From the human T2T-CHM13v2.0 reference genome, Homo sapiens, in NCBI RefSeq assembly GCF_009914755.1, contig NC_060927.1: a DNA stretch of 64,000 bases; one strand, given 5' to 3'. Shown in pieces: positions 37,121 to 50,915 of the stretch. The notes beneath the pieces were generated by a model. That model was not told the DNA's origin. It searched no databases and worked only from the letters and a program-made list of their open reading frames with translations. The translations under genes were made by a program, and so were the position numbers. Each line of letters starts with the position of its first letter. Within the stretch, counting starts at the first letter, position 1.

Positions 37121-38556
37121 GTACGTACCTTTTAAATCAAGTGTCATGGCCTTTTGTTAAGCATTAGAATTCTTCAGGGGGAGGAAGTGAGAACAGGGGT
37201 AGGGATGATTAGAGGAGGGATCAACCAAAGGCCTAATTTTACTCTTAATGTGTTCTCTTTCGGGAGGGATATATAACTTTTCCTATTTATACATATAGCT
37301 GGTATATTTTAAACATTCCCGTTGTACTTTATAGATTTGATAGAACTCTGAAACCAGAAAGACCCCTAGAGAATTACTAACCTTCCCATTTGATTAATAG
37401 AAAGAAAAGAGAGACCAGTGAGATCCAAGGAGATTACCAGGGCACTTAACCAAGATCACTCACCTGGGTTGTGTCTGAGCCACTATGTCGAATGAACCTT
37501 GTGCTAAAGAATCATTGAGCTGACACAGCAAATATAGCATTAGTGGCCCAGAACAGAATTCTTATAGGCCTTTTAATGTAGATTTGAGCTTTTATACTTC
37601 ATAGTTGTTATGTTTCAGGTAGACTTTGACTCTCAGCATTTTTTTTTGTAGTAATACATTACATTTATAATGGGATTCTCAGATAGTCTTCATGGGGCTA
37701 GAAGAAATTACTGTAATGTAGTTCCAGGGCTAAGCTTCCTGTTGAGAGGATTAGATTTCTTGTGTTAACACAATAGTTTAAGTCAACAAGTTACATTGCC
37801 CTAACTTTTGAGCAGGCACGATGCTAGGTGCCAAGAATGCAAATGAATGATAGGAAGCTTGCCTTTGAAATGTTTATAGACTATTGAGGAAGAAAGACAC
37901 AGAACAGATGATTTCAATAAAATGTGGTAAATGAAATAATGGCGGTATGCCCAGGATATAAATGGAAATGCTTTGGGGATGGCAGGCATTTGGCCTTCAA
38001 ATACATTCATGCAGTGATGGGATTCAAATCCTCCCCTCTAAGCAGGCTGGAATTCGATTCTAGCTCTTTGGCCTCTCTGCCAATGGTACTGAGAGATAAC
38101 ACTGGTTTTCCATCAGGGGAAAATATATATATACACACACACACACACGCACATATATGTAATACATATATGCTACATATACATACATAAATTTATATAT
38201 ATGTGCACATAATGTGTATTGTGTATGTATATATGATATATATATATATATATATCTCACTGGAACGAGGTTTTCAAATCATTACTAAAGGCGATTTAAA
38301 AATTAGAGGGTATAGTATTCATAATAGGTTTATAATGTGTAAGAGACATTTGCAGTGGTAATATTTGAATCAAATAAACTGATTGAACTATTTTATTTTC
38401 TTTGCCATAATTTCTTAATAAGCTAAACATATTCTTTTGATGTTTATAAATAATAAACATAAATCCATCTATTTTGGCTCTCATTTATCACTGTTAAGTT
38501 GTGGGTCAAGTCTATTTGCTGTTGAAACATTTTTCTGTAATATTTACATATAAATA

Positions 38557-38827
38557 TTTGAGACAAGGTCTCACTCTGTTGTCCAGGCTGGAATGCAGTG
38601 GTGTGTGATTATAGCTCACTGCAAACTCTGCCACCTGGGTTCAAGTGATCCTCCCACCTCAGCCTCTCGAGTAAGCTGGAACTATAGGTGTGTGCTACCA
38701 CACCTGGCTGATTTTTGTATTTTTTGGCAGAGATGGGTTTTTGTCATGTTTCCCAGGATGGTCTCGACCTCCTGGGCTCCAGTGATCTCCCACCTTGGCC
38801 TCCCAAAGTGCTGGGATTACAGGCATG
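38557..38827 (-). mobile_element. AluJ-like SINE
   Basis: Diverged reverse Alu. Confidence 0.9.
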
Positions 38828-39011
38828 TATTAGACTTCTTTTTAAATATATTTTTCCCACCGTCGGAAGACATCAAAGCTTAGATTGGCCACAACACCAA
38901 CAAAGACCATTAAGCATTTTCATGTACTTCAGGTGTTTAATTGAAAGAGCAAGCATTTGGGAAAGAGGGTGGGATCACAAATTACTATACTCCATGTTAA
39001 AAGCATTTTCT

Positions 39012-39308
39012 TGCCAGGTGTGGTGGCTCATGCCTCTACTCTCAGCACCTTGGGAGGCTGAGGAGGGAAGATTGCTTAAGAATTTGAGACCAGCCTGGGC
39101 AACATAGTGAGATCCCATCTCTACAAGTAATTTAAAAATTAGCCAGGCATGGTGGCATGCACCTGTGGTCCCCACCACTCAGGAGGCTGAGGTAGGAGGA
39201 TCGCTTGAGCCTGGGAGTCAAGGCTGTAGTGAGCTGCCATCATGCCACTACACTACAGCCTAGGCAACAGAGCAAGACCCTGTCTCAAAAAATAAATTAA
39301 TAAATAAA
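39012..39308 (+). mobile_element. AluJ-like SINE
   Basis: Diverged dimeric Alu. Confidence 0.9.
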
Positions 39309-41367
39309 AGTATTTTCTCAAAGAGTAAGAAAAACTAGAACTTTATAGTAAATAAATAGATTAGCAAAACTCAAGAGCCATTAACATTACCATTTAAGAG
39401 GATTTTGTGAGAATATGGTGAAACCGAGGGAAGGTTTGATCTCAGTTATTCTAATCTGTTTTCCCCTGAAGTAATGGGAATCCCATGCCAGTTTCATAGA
39501 GGAAAACTGAGCTAATTCCCTTAGGCCACATTACTGATGTTCCCGTTGCAAAATCAAATCTGTCTTTGATTTATCTTTAGTGCTCTTGTTCTTTATTGAT
39601 ACGTCCTTTATGCAGCTCAGAAGACTGCAACTTCAGTCTTTCTCTGCTGTAACTGTGAAGTGCTCTTCCTCTTGAAGAGTTTCATGTAATTCTGATGGGG
39701 CAGCTTCTGAGGAAATAAAGAACCATTATATGCGTGTTGGTCCAAGGAGATGTGTTCTGAAAAGACAGCCTGCTGCCTTTGGCTCCCCTACCCAGAGGAG
39801 GAGAAGTCAGGGTCTATAGTTCTTAGAACCCCAGCAGACTGTAAAACTGGCAGGATTTTCTACACAGCCCAAACTGGTGGTTCACAAAAAACCCAGGAGG
39901 GATGGATCATAATTTCATTTAGAATTGTTTGACTAGCACTTGTTAACTTTATTAAAATAGCAAATACAAGTAAAATTCTATGGATTTGAAAAAAATTATA
40001 CCTGGCATATTTTCACTAACTCACATTTAGTAGACTTTAATCATCTTTTAAACTTACACAATTAACTTAAATACACCTTTTTTTGCTGCTATTCGTAATG
40101 GATACATCAAGGATGATGGTGTAAGTATAAGCCTTAATCAGCACTGTTAATAGAACTGACAGCGTGAGTCGTGCAAAGAACTTTGAGAGGAGAGTTTAAA
40201 ACAGAGAGCTGAGAAACTCAGCTTCTGAAGTTGGAATGGTTATTGGCTTTTGAACAACTTGTGAACTATTCCTTTGTCAGCTTTAGAATGAATGAAATCT
40301 TTGTCCTTTTGTTTTTTGTTAAATACAGGAAAGTCCAAGAAAGGTATGACAACCTCCTTGTGTGGTGTTTTTGTTTCCAGCAAATATTGAAAGGTCATTG
40401 TCAAGTCATGTTTAAGAAATGATCAGATTTAACACTGTGCAGTGGTGGATTTTTAGTCTAATGATTATTTCTTTTACACAATAGAGAAAAATTGTTGCAC
40501 ATTTGCAAGAAACACAATGCTGGGTGCAGCTGCTGTTCATTCACTGGCAGCTGCATGACCCTCTTTGTTTTGGCTTTTAATCGCAAGGTCAGACCCTGCA
40601 GGAAACATGAGTGCTGTGGAAGCATTGTTTTGTAAGATTCAGGATCTATATAAAGAGAATAGAGGGTATTGTGATGTATATGAGCTAAGTGTAAACCATG
40701 ATTCTCCTTTAAAAAGGACATGTATAAATAAGTCAGGCTACAGTCAAAGGATGAAAGGATTTAGGAAGCTCCTACTTATTCATTTCATTGGAGCCTGTTT
40801 TCTAAGAAAGACTTAGTGGAGAGTGAAGTATAGTTTAAATGATTGGCTTGAATAAGTAAGATGGTTATTTCCTGTGGCTAGGTGGTAGAGATGTAGGATG
40901 TTAGACGATGTGTTATAAAACTTGATGAACTGTGCTTCAAATAATTGAATGGCATTTTACAAACTTGAGCTCTTAAAAACTATTTGCTATTGTCTGTTTG
41001 GAAAAAGAATTGTTTGATAGATATAATCTGTTTTTATTCTTCCTATTTTCTGGTTGATGAATATGTGTGAAAGATTTATTTGTCTTGTAACAGTCTTTTT
41101 TGACTATGCATGTATCAATTTTTTTTAAGGTTTCTTGAGTTTTTCTCTGTAAACTTGGATTTAATCTGAAACTGTGAACATCATACCTTGTTAATTTGCT
41201 ATTGTAACTAACACCATCAATGAGTGCATGTTGGAAGTGTTGTATGTTTTTCCTGCCCCCTTGTCATCCTTTTTGATCTTGTATCTTTTTCCCTTTCTAC
41301 AATCATTCTCCCTCTTCATTCCTGACTTGTCCTGTGCCCTCTTCTTCTGGCTGTGGACTGTCATTAG

Positions 41368-41388
41368 GAAGAATGAATTCCTCAGCAG
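41368..41388 (+). CDS. PHLDB2: Putative 21-nt PHLDB2 microexon (adds GRMNSSA), phase 1-1
   Basis: tcattAG|GAAGAATGAATTCCTCAGCAG|GTGAGC; AG-free pyrimidine-rich tract 41238-41365; frame-preserving and stop-free in the phase-1 intron. Confidence 0.65.
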
Positions 41389-44143
41389 GTGAGCTATGAC
41401 AGGCTGAATTGTTAGAAATACTGGTTAATTTTATCCTCTTAACCCCAGGTTATACTTTAAGTCATCTTACTTTCTATATTACAGCCCAGATAGCCATGTA
41501 AAAGTATATACCACATATTGGGAATGTATTGGCAGGACTCTACACATTGTGTAATCGTTAACTCACAAGAGACTTTTCAGGTCCAATTAGCCAGAATTAA
41601 TAGAGACTGGCATTAAAAATAATAATAATAAATGGGCCTTGCACATTTGGTCCCTTGGCTGTCCCAGGCAGTGAAGAGCTGAACTGGTTTGGGTTCCTTG
41701 TGTGGCTATGATTAGAAACAAGCCTCAATTAGGTCTTGCTTTATACACCTTATAAACTACCCCTTCAAACAACTATTTCTCTCTGGATAGGAAGGATTTA
41801 GAGCATTTTCAAGGCCCTTTTTACTGTTTTAGTTGCTTTCCCACTGATTAATGTTATTCTTGCTACATAATTAAAAAACAGAAACCAAATAGTCTCAGGG
41901 GTTGGGAAAGTCTCATTTTTCCCAATCTTGTTTCTTTGCTCCCCCTCAAAAAGTAGATGCATTCCACTTCCTTATTTGACTATTTATATAGAATATATAG
42001 ATGAAAAGATAAATTCATTCAGTGACTGTTTATCTTATGACATCCACATGCCAAATAAATGGAGGTAAACTGTGGTGCACAGGACATCTGCATCCCCTTT
42101 CCTGATAAAGCTTCAATGAGAGTGGAGGCCTAGGCCAGTTTACTGCCATTCTAGTGTTCCTTCACTGCACCAGCATCTCTCCTTGGGCCTCCTACCAGGT
42201 TACCCAGCCCCGTCCCCTGATCTTCTATGACATTTCCTCTGTTTAAAATATCTATGCCTTTGGATGGCCAGGCCAGAGCCTGAATCCCAAAATGAGCTCT
42301 TTGGAATCACACTGGTTCAATTGCAGGATCACAGGAGAGGGGCCCATGCCCGTATTGATAATTGCAGGGGTTACCTGTTTTTGGGGGATTTGTTCAGCAG
42401 GGAGGAAGCTAGGCCAGGTGACAGTGGGGTTCACTGAGGTCAGTAAAGTGTTGCCAGTAGGCAGAAATGAGTAGCTCCATGAGGTGAACTTTTCCACTCA
42501 CTTTGGATTCATGGGAAATAAAAATCATGGGTTGGGAAAAAGATGCTTATTATTGGCCTCATGCTTTTTCGTTTAAGTTGCCATGAAAATGTAAAATGCT
42601 TATCCTACCACCAGAATGACTGGGAGATTCAGTCGTAGAGTCAAACCTCAACAACTTGTGAGTTGGTCTGGGGAATTAATATTCACAACCCTTAGCACAG
42701 TACAAATTGTAATGTAGCTGGCCCTTCTACATTCACCTGAAACATCTGAGTCATTTTAGTTTACTATCTCCTTCACCTGTAAGTTCTATTTTGTTATTCT
42801 GTGTTACTTTTGGAAAAGTAGCCGAAAAACAACAACAACAAAAAACACAACCTTGGAAGATCTGAGGAGCAAGACATACAGTTCCCTTAAGAAACATGCT
42901 CACCTTCTTTCCTGCTTTTCCAAGATGGTGGTAATTGCTTCATATGGGTTGGTTTTTCCTCAATGTGAAAACTCAGGGAGAGGAAGAGGTTGTGGCAATG
43001 TCACTCATTGCCAGAGAGATAATTCTTGTATGTTTTAAATTACATGGCTGTCCTTTAGGGATTTGTTTTTCATACTACAAGGAAATATCGTCCATGTAGT
43101 TGGTGCCAATGTGAAACTTTTCTATGCCACAAGCCTTTTTTTGAAATCATAAGAAAATATACGTGTGTGAGCTTTTCAAATAATTTCTGTTGTTTTTTTG
43201 TCATTTGCATAATAAATAATTGGAAACAACTTAAAAGGAGCAATTAGTAATTCCAAAAGTTCAAGTATCAAAGGTAAATATTTGAGTAATGAATTATTTC
43301 GCCTTCCTTAAAAAAAGACGCAGCTTCACGCATGTGACTATACCAGCTTCATTTAATGCTGTGTGGATTGATCATTATAATTCATGACATTCTATTTAGT
43401 CTTGTGGTGTGCTTTTATGTTTTCCATCTTCCCTTAGCTAAATGCTATATGGCTTTAAAAAATACATATGTATTTATAATTTATAATGGCAGATTATATT
43501 AAAGTAACTTATTTTCCCAGAAATGTCTGAATCTGAAATAACCTATTTTCACTTAAATATCTAAAACCACTCCAAATACTAATGGTGTGAATACTCTGCA
43601 TGAAACTAAAACCATTTTACAGAAATTTTGACATACAATGCTTTGTTAAGGCATCATGGATGTGGCTTCTATTTTTAAATGGAAATGTTTAATCAATAGC
43701 TGAGAAAGCCATTGAGAATTACTTCTCTTCTTTCATCCTCTTGCCTACTATTGACCATTTCATTATTACTAAAACTTTCATTGAAAGGTAGGTAGAGCAC
43801 ACAAAAAAGAGGAAATTCAAATGGTCCAGTTGTGAACTCTGAATAGCTCTGGTAATAACTCCCTGGGTAATGGAAACTATTCGAGTAGACATTCTCTTAT
43901 CAGGGAGAAAGAGATTACAAACTCTAGTACTGGCTAGAGAAAAGTTTTTTAATGAATGGAGGAATTTGTTAATCAATATGATGCCTGCTTCTGAGTCTAT
44001 GATAAATAGAGAATTGAAAAGAAAATTTGACTTGTAATGCCCTAAATCAGCGATCAGAGAGCAAGCCATAGCAGTAACACAAGGTAAAGCCAGTAACCTA
44101 AAGTGCCAGGTGACCGAGCACCAGGGTAAAGAAAAGACCTCTT

Positions 44144-44455
<312 letters not shown>

Positions 44456-45200
44456 TTATGGTGCTTTTCGTCCTACTGATGCCTACATTTTCAAATGGTT
44501 GTTATCAACAGCTTGTGGAAGGCTGATTGTTATGATGGGAAAAGAAGAGAGCTAGGGTAATTACGAGGAGCACAGTCATTGGAAGGAATGTTGACTCTGA
44601 ATTAAATAAGTAATTGACAGACAAGAACAACTGAAAAAGAGAGAGAGAGAAAATGGGAAAAATGTGTAGTTTGGATCTTAACAAGATTAAAAGTGTCAGT
44701 GATGATATGAGATACGAGTTTCTGAAATCCTACACTTGAAAGATTCCACCTGCTTTTTTATGACCAGACTGAGTGCTCCTTAAGTTGAATACCATTGAAG
44801 AAGTGCCTGCCCTAAAACCCTGGTTTTGCTTGTCACTAGGAGGCATCTTATTTTCACTTGAACACAGCTATTTCTAGAGGATTCAGGGCCTTTGATTGTG
44901 TTTCTGTTTGGTTTCTTTTGTGTTTGTGTGTTGCTGGTTGTGCTGAGATGTAGGAATGCCATAGGAAAGTGTCAAGTGATCCTGCTGAGGGGTAAGAGAC
45001 TCAGCAGACCACTTCATTCAAACTGTTGCTTGCACTGAGCACGGTGCTCTTTCTTTGATCTTCTTGGCTTCAAAACAAATTAGACCAAGGCCCAAGCTTC
45101 ATAGGCAGATGTTTCTGGTTGCTGGCTTGTGTCTGTAGATGTTTAAGATTCAAAGACTGAAAAATGAGGCAAACTAACATATTTATGGCTCCTTCCTTAG

Positions 45201-45405
45201 GTTATAATCACCAACAGATGAGTGAAGGACACAGGCAGAAATCTGAATTTTATAACCGCACAGCATCTGAATCAAATGTCTACTTGAATAGTTTCCATTA
45301 TCCAGATCACAGCTACAAGGACCAGGCCTTTGATACTCTGAGCCTCGATAGCTCTGATAGCATGGAGACCAGCATCTCTGCTTGCTCACCAGACAACATC
45401 TCTAG
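45201..45405 (+). CDS. PHLDB2: PHLDB2 coding exon (G-YNHQQMSEG...SPDNIS-S), phase 1-2
   Basis: ccttccttAG acceptor; 205 nt; donor TAG|GTAAGA; contains DTLSLDSSDSMETSIS motif of the PHLDB family. Confidence 0.95.
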
Positions 45406-45738
45406 GTAAGATTTATTTATGGGTAAGGTTTCTGGTTTGGAAAAGAGCCTACTGCTCACAAAAAGTAAAGCCATCAATTTGGGAACTGTATATGCACAAG
45501 CCCAAATTTTTGAGACATAAAGGGTCTGTAATGCAGAAGAGGGTTGGTATCATGATGGCCTTTGAAAGTAGTTTCTCTTACCTTGTGTAACTTAGCTAGT
45601 CAGGCATCATATAATCTGTTTCCACCTTTATCCTGTTTTTCTCCACTTGAGCTCAAATTTACACTGTGCTTTAAAATTGATTTCCTTCTGTTGGTTAGCT
45701 CTAAGCTTCACTTACACTGCTTTTGATTTAAAAAAGAG

Positions 45739-46060
<322 letters not shown>

Positions 46061-47406
46061 AGGAATGATTTCCAACAGCAGTCAGAACTTTGGAGGATTT
46101 CTTACCCTTGTATTTGTTAAAAGGAAGCTTTTTGCTATTCTGTATGTTAAAATTTTTGTAAGGATTTAAGTGTTCACGTTTGTATTTATACTTTGAGACA
46201 AGCAAAGGTGGTCTTAACATATAAATCTGGCCATGGTGCTCCTCCTTTTCTAAAGTTTTGATGTCCCACTACCTACTGTCAGATCCCGGAACCTGGCACT
46301 CTAGGTCCAGCCCAACTCCCGTTCATTCTCCCGATAAACCTCACAGAGCTTAATGATTGAGAGGATGAAGAACTCTCCCATCTCTGTGCCTTTGACTGTA
46401 CTGGTTCTTAACATTTTCTCAAAGGATAGGCACAAAGTCAGGGCTTAGTAAGTTAATAATGATAATAGTAATAATAAGTATCTGTGTAGGTAGTATTCAG
46501 AATACTCTTCTATAAGCCAGTTTAATAATTTTAGCAGAATGGAGATTGTATGCAGAATTAACTCTCAATTGTCTGTTTTCTGTGACCCAAGACCTATTTT
46601 CTGAGCATTATGTTTGTCTACACTGTAAATAATGATATTGAAAGAGCAAAAACATTGTCTGACTCATGTAACTTTCTGGTAGTCATAAAGTGATGTCTCA
46701 ACAAAAAGTGAAGGGCAAATGTACCCACAACTCTGAGTAATCCTATCATCCTACAAATATTTTTTTGTGACATAATAAACCACGAGACCAAGTTTGTGTG
46801 ACTAGAATTTCAGCATGGAATTACCTCATTAATAGGCTTATAATTTGGGAATATTTTAGTACATAAGTTAAAAACAAATCTTAAGCAGAAAAGATTTTTT
46901 AGTTTTTTACTCTTCTTTCTACCAATGTTCAAAAAATTTCCAATTAAGGATGCTTTATCAAAATACACATTCCAAACATTGGTTCCTCATTACCTGCTTC
47001 CCTGATGTTTATCACTTATTTTCCATCATAATAATGGGTAAGAGCTTATCTTAGAGTATCATAAATTTTGTTTTAAAGTTGATGGTAGTACAGAAGAGAA
47101 ATGCCTGTTTTTCTCTCCCCTTTGCACTCCACCTTTTACAGGCATCTTCTACTTTGGCTCCAATTTTTTGACATTCAGAAGATCTCATAAGACAATGACA
47201 TTAAATACTATTAGTAGTTTCTGACCATGGGGATTAGTTATCTGCAGTTGCCAGCACCACAGAGTCAGTTTTGTGTAAAGCAACTGTGGAAAATGATCAT
47301 GGCCACACGTAACTACTTGTCAGGAATTACCATCCTGCAATAGTGCTATCATAGAATTAAGGGACAAATGTGTCTCACCACACACACACACACACACAAA
47401 AGGTAA

Positions 47407-47729
<323 letters not shown>

Positions 47730-49593
47730 TAGCTTGATTGTAGTAATCATTGCACAATGTATGCATACATCAAAACATCATGTTATATACCATAAATATA
47801 TGCAAATTTAATTTGTCAAGTATATGTATGCTCAATAAATCTCATGGTGGGGGCAGGAGGGAAGACATGTAAGCAAAGAAAATGGTAAACAGTGAAATCT
47901 AAATAAACATTGACTATATGAAAAAAAGGGATAAATGGGGATTAGGCTATTGGTGAGTTTGTTTTGACTAACTGGCGAGTTTTCAAGACCTGAAACTTAG
48001 TGAAATTCAAATTATTTTCAAATTAATGAGAGATATAAAACATACATATTTGATGTCACAAACTACACTATAGAATATAAATATAATTTTATGCCCTTAT
48101 ACGTCCTGCATGCCTGTCTTTGGCTTTCTCAGTTGGGGCAATGAAGTTTATCCCTTTCCACCCATGAAGTCAGGTATTCACAATGAAGGAGAATAAGAAT
48201 TCCTGTACAAAAATTAAAAGATTTCTTTCCCTTGGATTCTTGCTAGCTGAAGAGAACAGAACTTACTCTTTTGTATCTCCTCACTGGCTAATGGAAATAA
48301 TGAGAAGATACTGCCATGTTCTTCTCTTTCATGTGGGAGAAAACACCTGGCTAAAAAGTGGTTCAAGGTTACTCTGCAAAGTGCAGCCTAATTGTTAAGC
48401 TTATAAGGATCCGGTATTCCTAAGACAGTTCACTCCTTAATGGATGTGTTTTGTAATGGGGCTGTCAGTACTGATTATAGAATAAACTGTATGCCCTGTG
48501 TTCTCTTCAACAGAACTCTTAGCCCTAGATTTAAACCATCCTAGGTTTGATTTACAAAAATATAATTTGAGAATACTATATTAATAAGTATCTATAACCA
48601 AGAGGTCTCTGATTCTTCATTTTTATATGAATTTTTAATGAATTTATTTTTATATGAATGTGTCTAACAAACATGTATCCCTACTCTATGCCAGGTTCTA
48701 TGCTACAGGGATACAGGCACGAAAGTCTGTCTGTATGTCCTCAAGAGAGTCTAGTAAAGAAGGCAGGTACTTAAATGAGTACAAAAGTACACATGCATTA
48801 CAAATAGCATATGGTTTCCATAGCTGAAACAGCAAAGTAAATAAGTTTTGACCTAGGTTATAGTCTCTCTTTTCCAGAACAGTCAAATAGAATGTAAGCG
48901 GTGGAAAATAAAATTTCCTGTTTTGTGTTAAACATTTTCAAGTTTTCACTTTGTCTGTTAGTTACCCTGACTGTTCTTGCACCTTTCACTCCCTTTGGTT
49001 TCATCTTTCACTTGAGTGATGTCTTTTCCATCATTTCTTTTGAAGCTCTTAAATCTCTTTATACAGTTTTCTCATTGGTATCATGAGGGGGTACTCTTCA
49101 CAAAACTGGCCACTATCCATCCATTGCACCTATAGGAGAAGTCATGTTTTAATTGGCATCATGATTTAATAAATAAAGTGTCCACACATATAAAGGGACA
49201 ACAAAAAGTAGCTCATAATACATATTCCACAACTGAATAAAGTGACTCCAAACATTAGGTGTCATTTATATAGAACGTTGGTGATAGTCTTGTTGGTCTG
49301 ATATCTTTAAGTCATTAAACTAATGGGAAGGACTCTCATGGGTCATTATTTTTAGACTTTGGAGGAAGCATTTAGAAGTCACACTTTGTAAGATTTGGTT
49401 TTGGTTTATTTACCTATGAGTAAAGCATTAGCATTATTTTGCTTGCCTATATTTTGTCTTCTAAACTGAGGTAAGTCAGTGTCACCTACAATTCTCAGAG
49501 TTGAATTGATTTGCCTCTTCGGTCCAATGACTCGTAAGTAACATTCTTTAAATTATATATGCTTGGATTTTGTCATGCACCTCCCTTGACCCC

Positions 49594-49640
49594 GTGTGTG
49601 TGTGTGTGTGTGTGTCTGGGGTGTGTGTGTGTGTGTGTGT
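49594..49640 (+). repeat. Compound (TG)n microsatellite ~65 nt upstream of a PHLDB2 acceptor
   Basis: Two TG runs separated by CTGGG. Confidence 0.92.
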
Positions 49641-49703
49641 ATGTATTAGAGAGACTTCTCAGTCTAAACCAATATTCTCAAAAGGCTTTGGTGTTTCATT
49701 CAG

Positions 49704-49794
49704 TGCCAGCACTTCAAATATTGCTAGAATAGAAGAAATGGAGAGACTTTTGAAGCAGGCTCATGCAGAAAAGACGCGGCTGCTCGAATCCAGG
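49704..49794 (+). CDS. PHLDB2: PHLDB2 coding exon (S-ASTSNIARIEEMERLLKQAHAEKTRLLESR), phase 2-0
   Basis: ttcattcAG acceptor; 91 nt; donor AGG|GTAAGC. Confidence 0.95.
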
Positions 49795-50768
49795 GTAAGC
49801 TTCATATTTTCATGCCGGAGGTCTGTGATACCGTGGTGCAGGAGCCCTGCGCTTGGCATCAGACAATACTCCTCCTTAAGGAGCCGTGTGTTCCTGGAAT
49901 AAATCACTCAACCTTTCTCAGTCTCATTTTCTTATCTGAAAAATAAAGGTGTTAGATGATTTCTAAGGCTCTCTACTGCAGTGGATTTTCCATAACTTGA
50001 AATATATATATAGTATTGACATAGACCGAAATGAACACTTTGTGTTTTTTTGTGTGTGGTTTTTTTTTGTTTTTTGTTTTTGTTTTTTGTCTTTTGATGG
50101 CTGTTTTGTGTTCCTGCCAAGGAGCAGGGAGGAATGTCATGTCTTTATGCATTATTTCTTCCTTCCCAGCTTGTGCTAACTGCACTATTTTAATATTTAA
50201 AATCCCACGTTTTTATGACTGTATTTCAAGTCAGAATCTGACTTCCTTAGGAATCCCCCAAAATGCCTTTGCATCCTGCCCTGAAGGGCACCTCCTTTCC
50301 TTTTCTAACTTCCCCATGTGCTTCCTCTGTGACCTTCAGCCAGGAAACTACAGAGCAACAACAGGAATTAGAGGGACCATGGCCTTCAGTTAGAAGACAG
50401 TAGTCAAAAGACAGGCTAAATCACGTGATAAGTGCTAAAGTACAGTTTGTGAGGCTTTTTATTTAAAATGGGAGAGTTGCTGGTTGATATGAAATGATGA
50501 AATGACTGAATATATTAACAAGCTGGATTTTCACTGAAGACCACAATTTAATTGTTAATTAAATTTAGTGGTTGCATTTCTGCAGATGATGATTTTGGAA
50601 GCTATACCAGGCATGGTTATGAGTTGTTTTCTTGTAGGTTATGTATTATAAGAGACTAGTCTACAAACCAAGATTTGTCTAGTAAGAATTGTCTTTTTTA
50701 TATTGATTGGAACCATTCAAGTATAACCAGTATGTTTTAAAATAATCATTGTTATGCATAATGTTTAG

Positions 50769-50915
50769 GAACGGGAAATGGAAGCCAAAAAACGAGCCCT
50801 GGAAGAAGAAAAACGACGCCGGGAAATCCTGGAAAAACGATTACAGGAAGAAACTAGCCAGAGGCAGAAGTTAATAGAAAAGGAAGTAAAAATAAGGGAG
50901 AGACAAAGGGCACAG
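50769..50915 (+). CDS. PHLDB2: PHLDB2 coding exon (EREMEAKKRA...RQRAQ), charged coiled coil, phase 0-0
   Basis: atgtttAG acceptor; 147 nt; donor CAG|GTTGGT. Confidence 0.94.
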
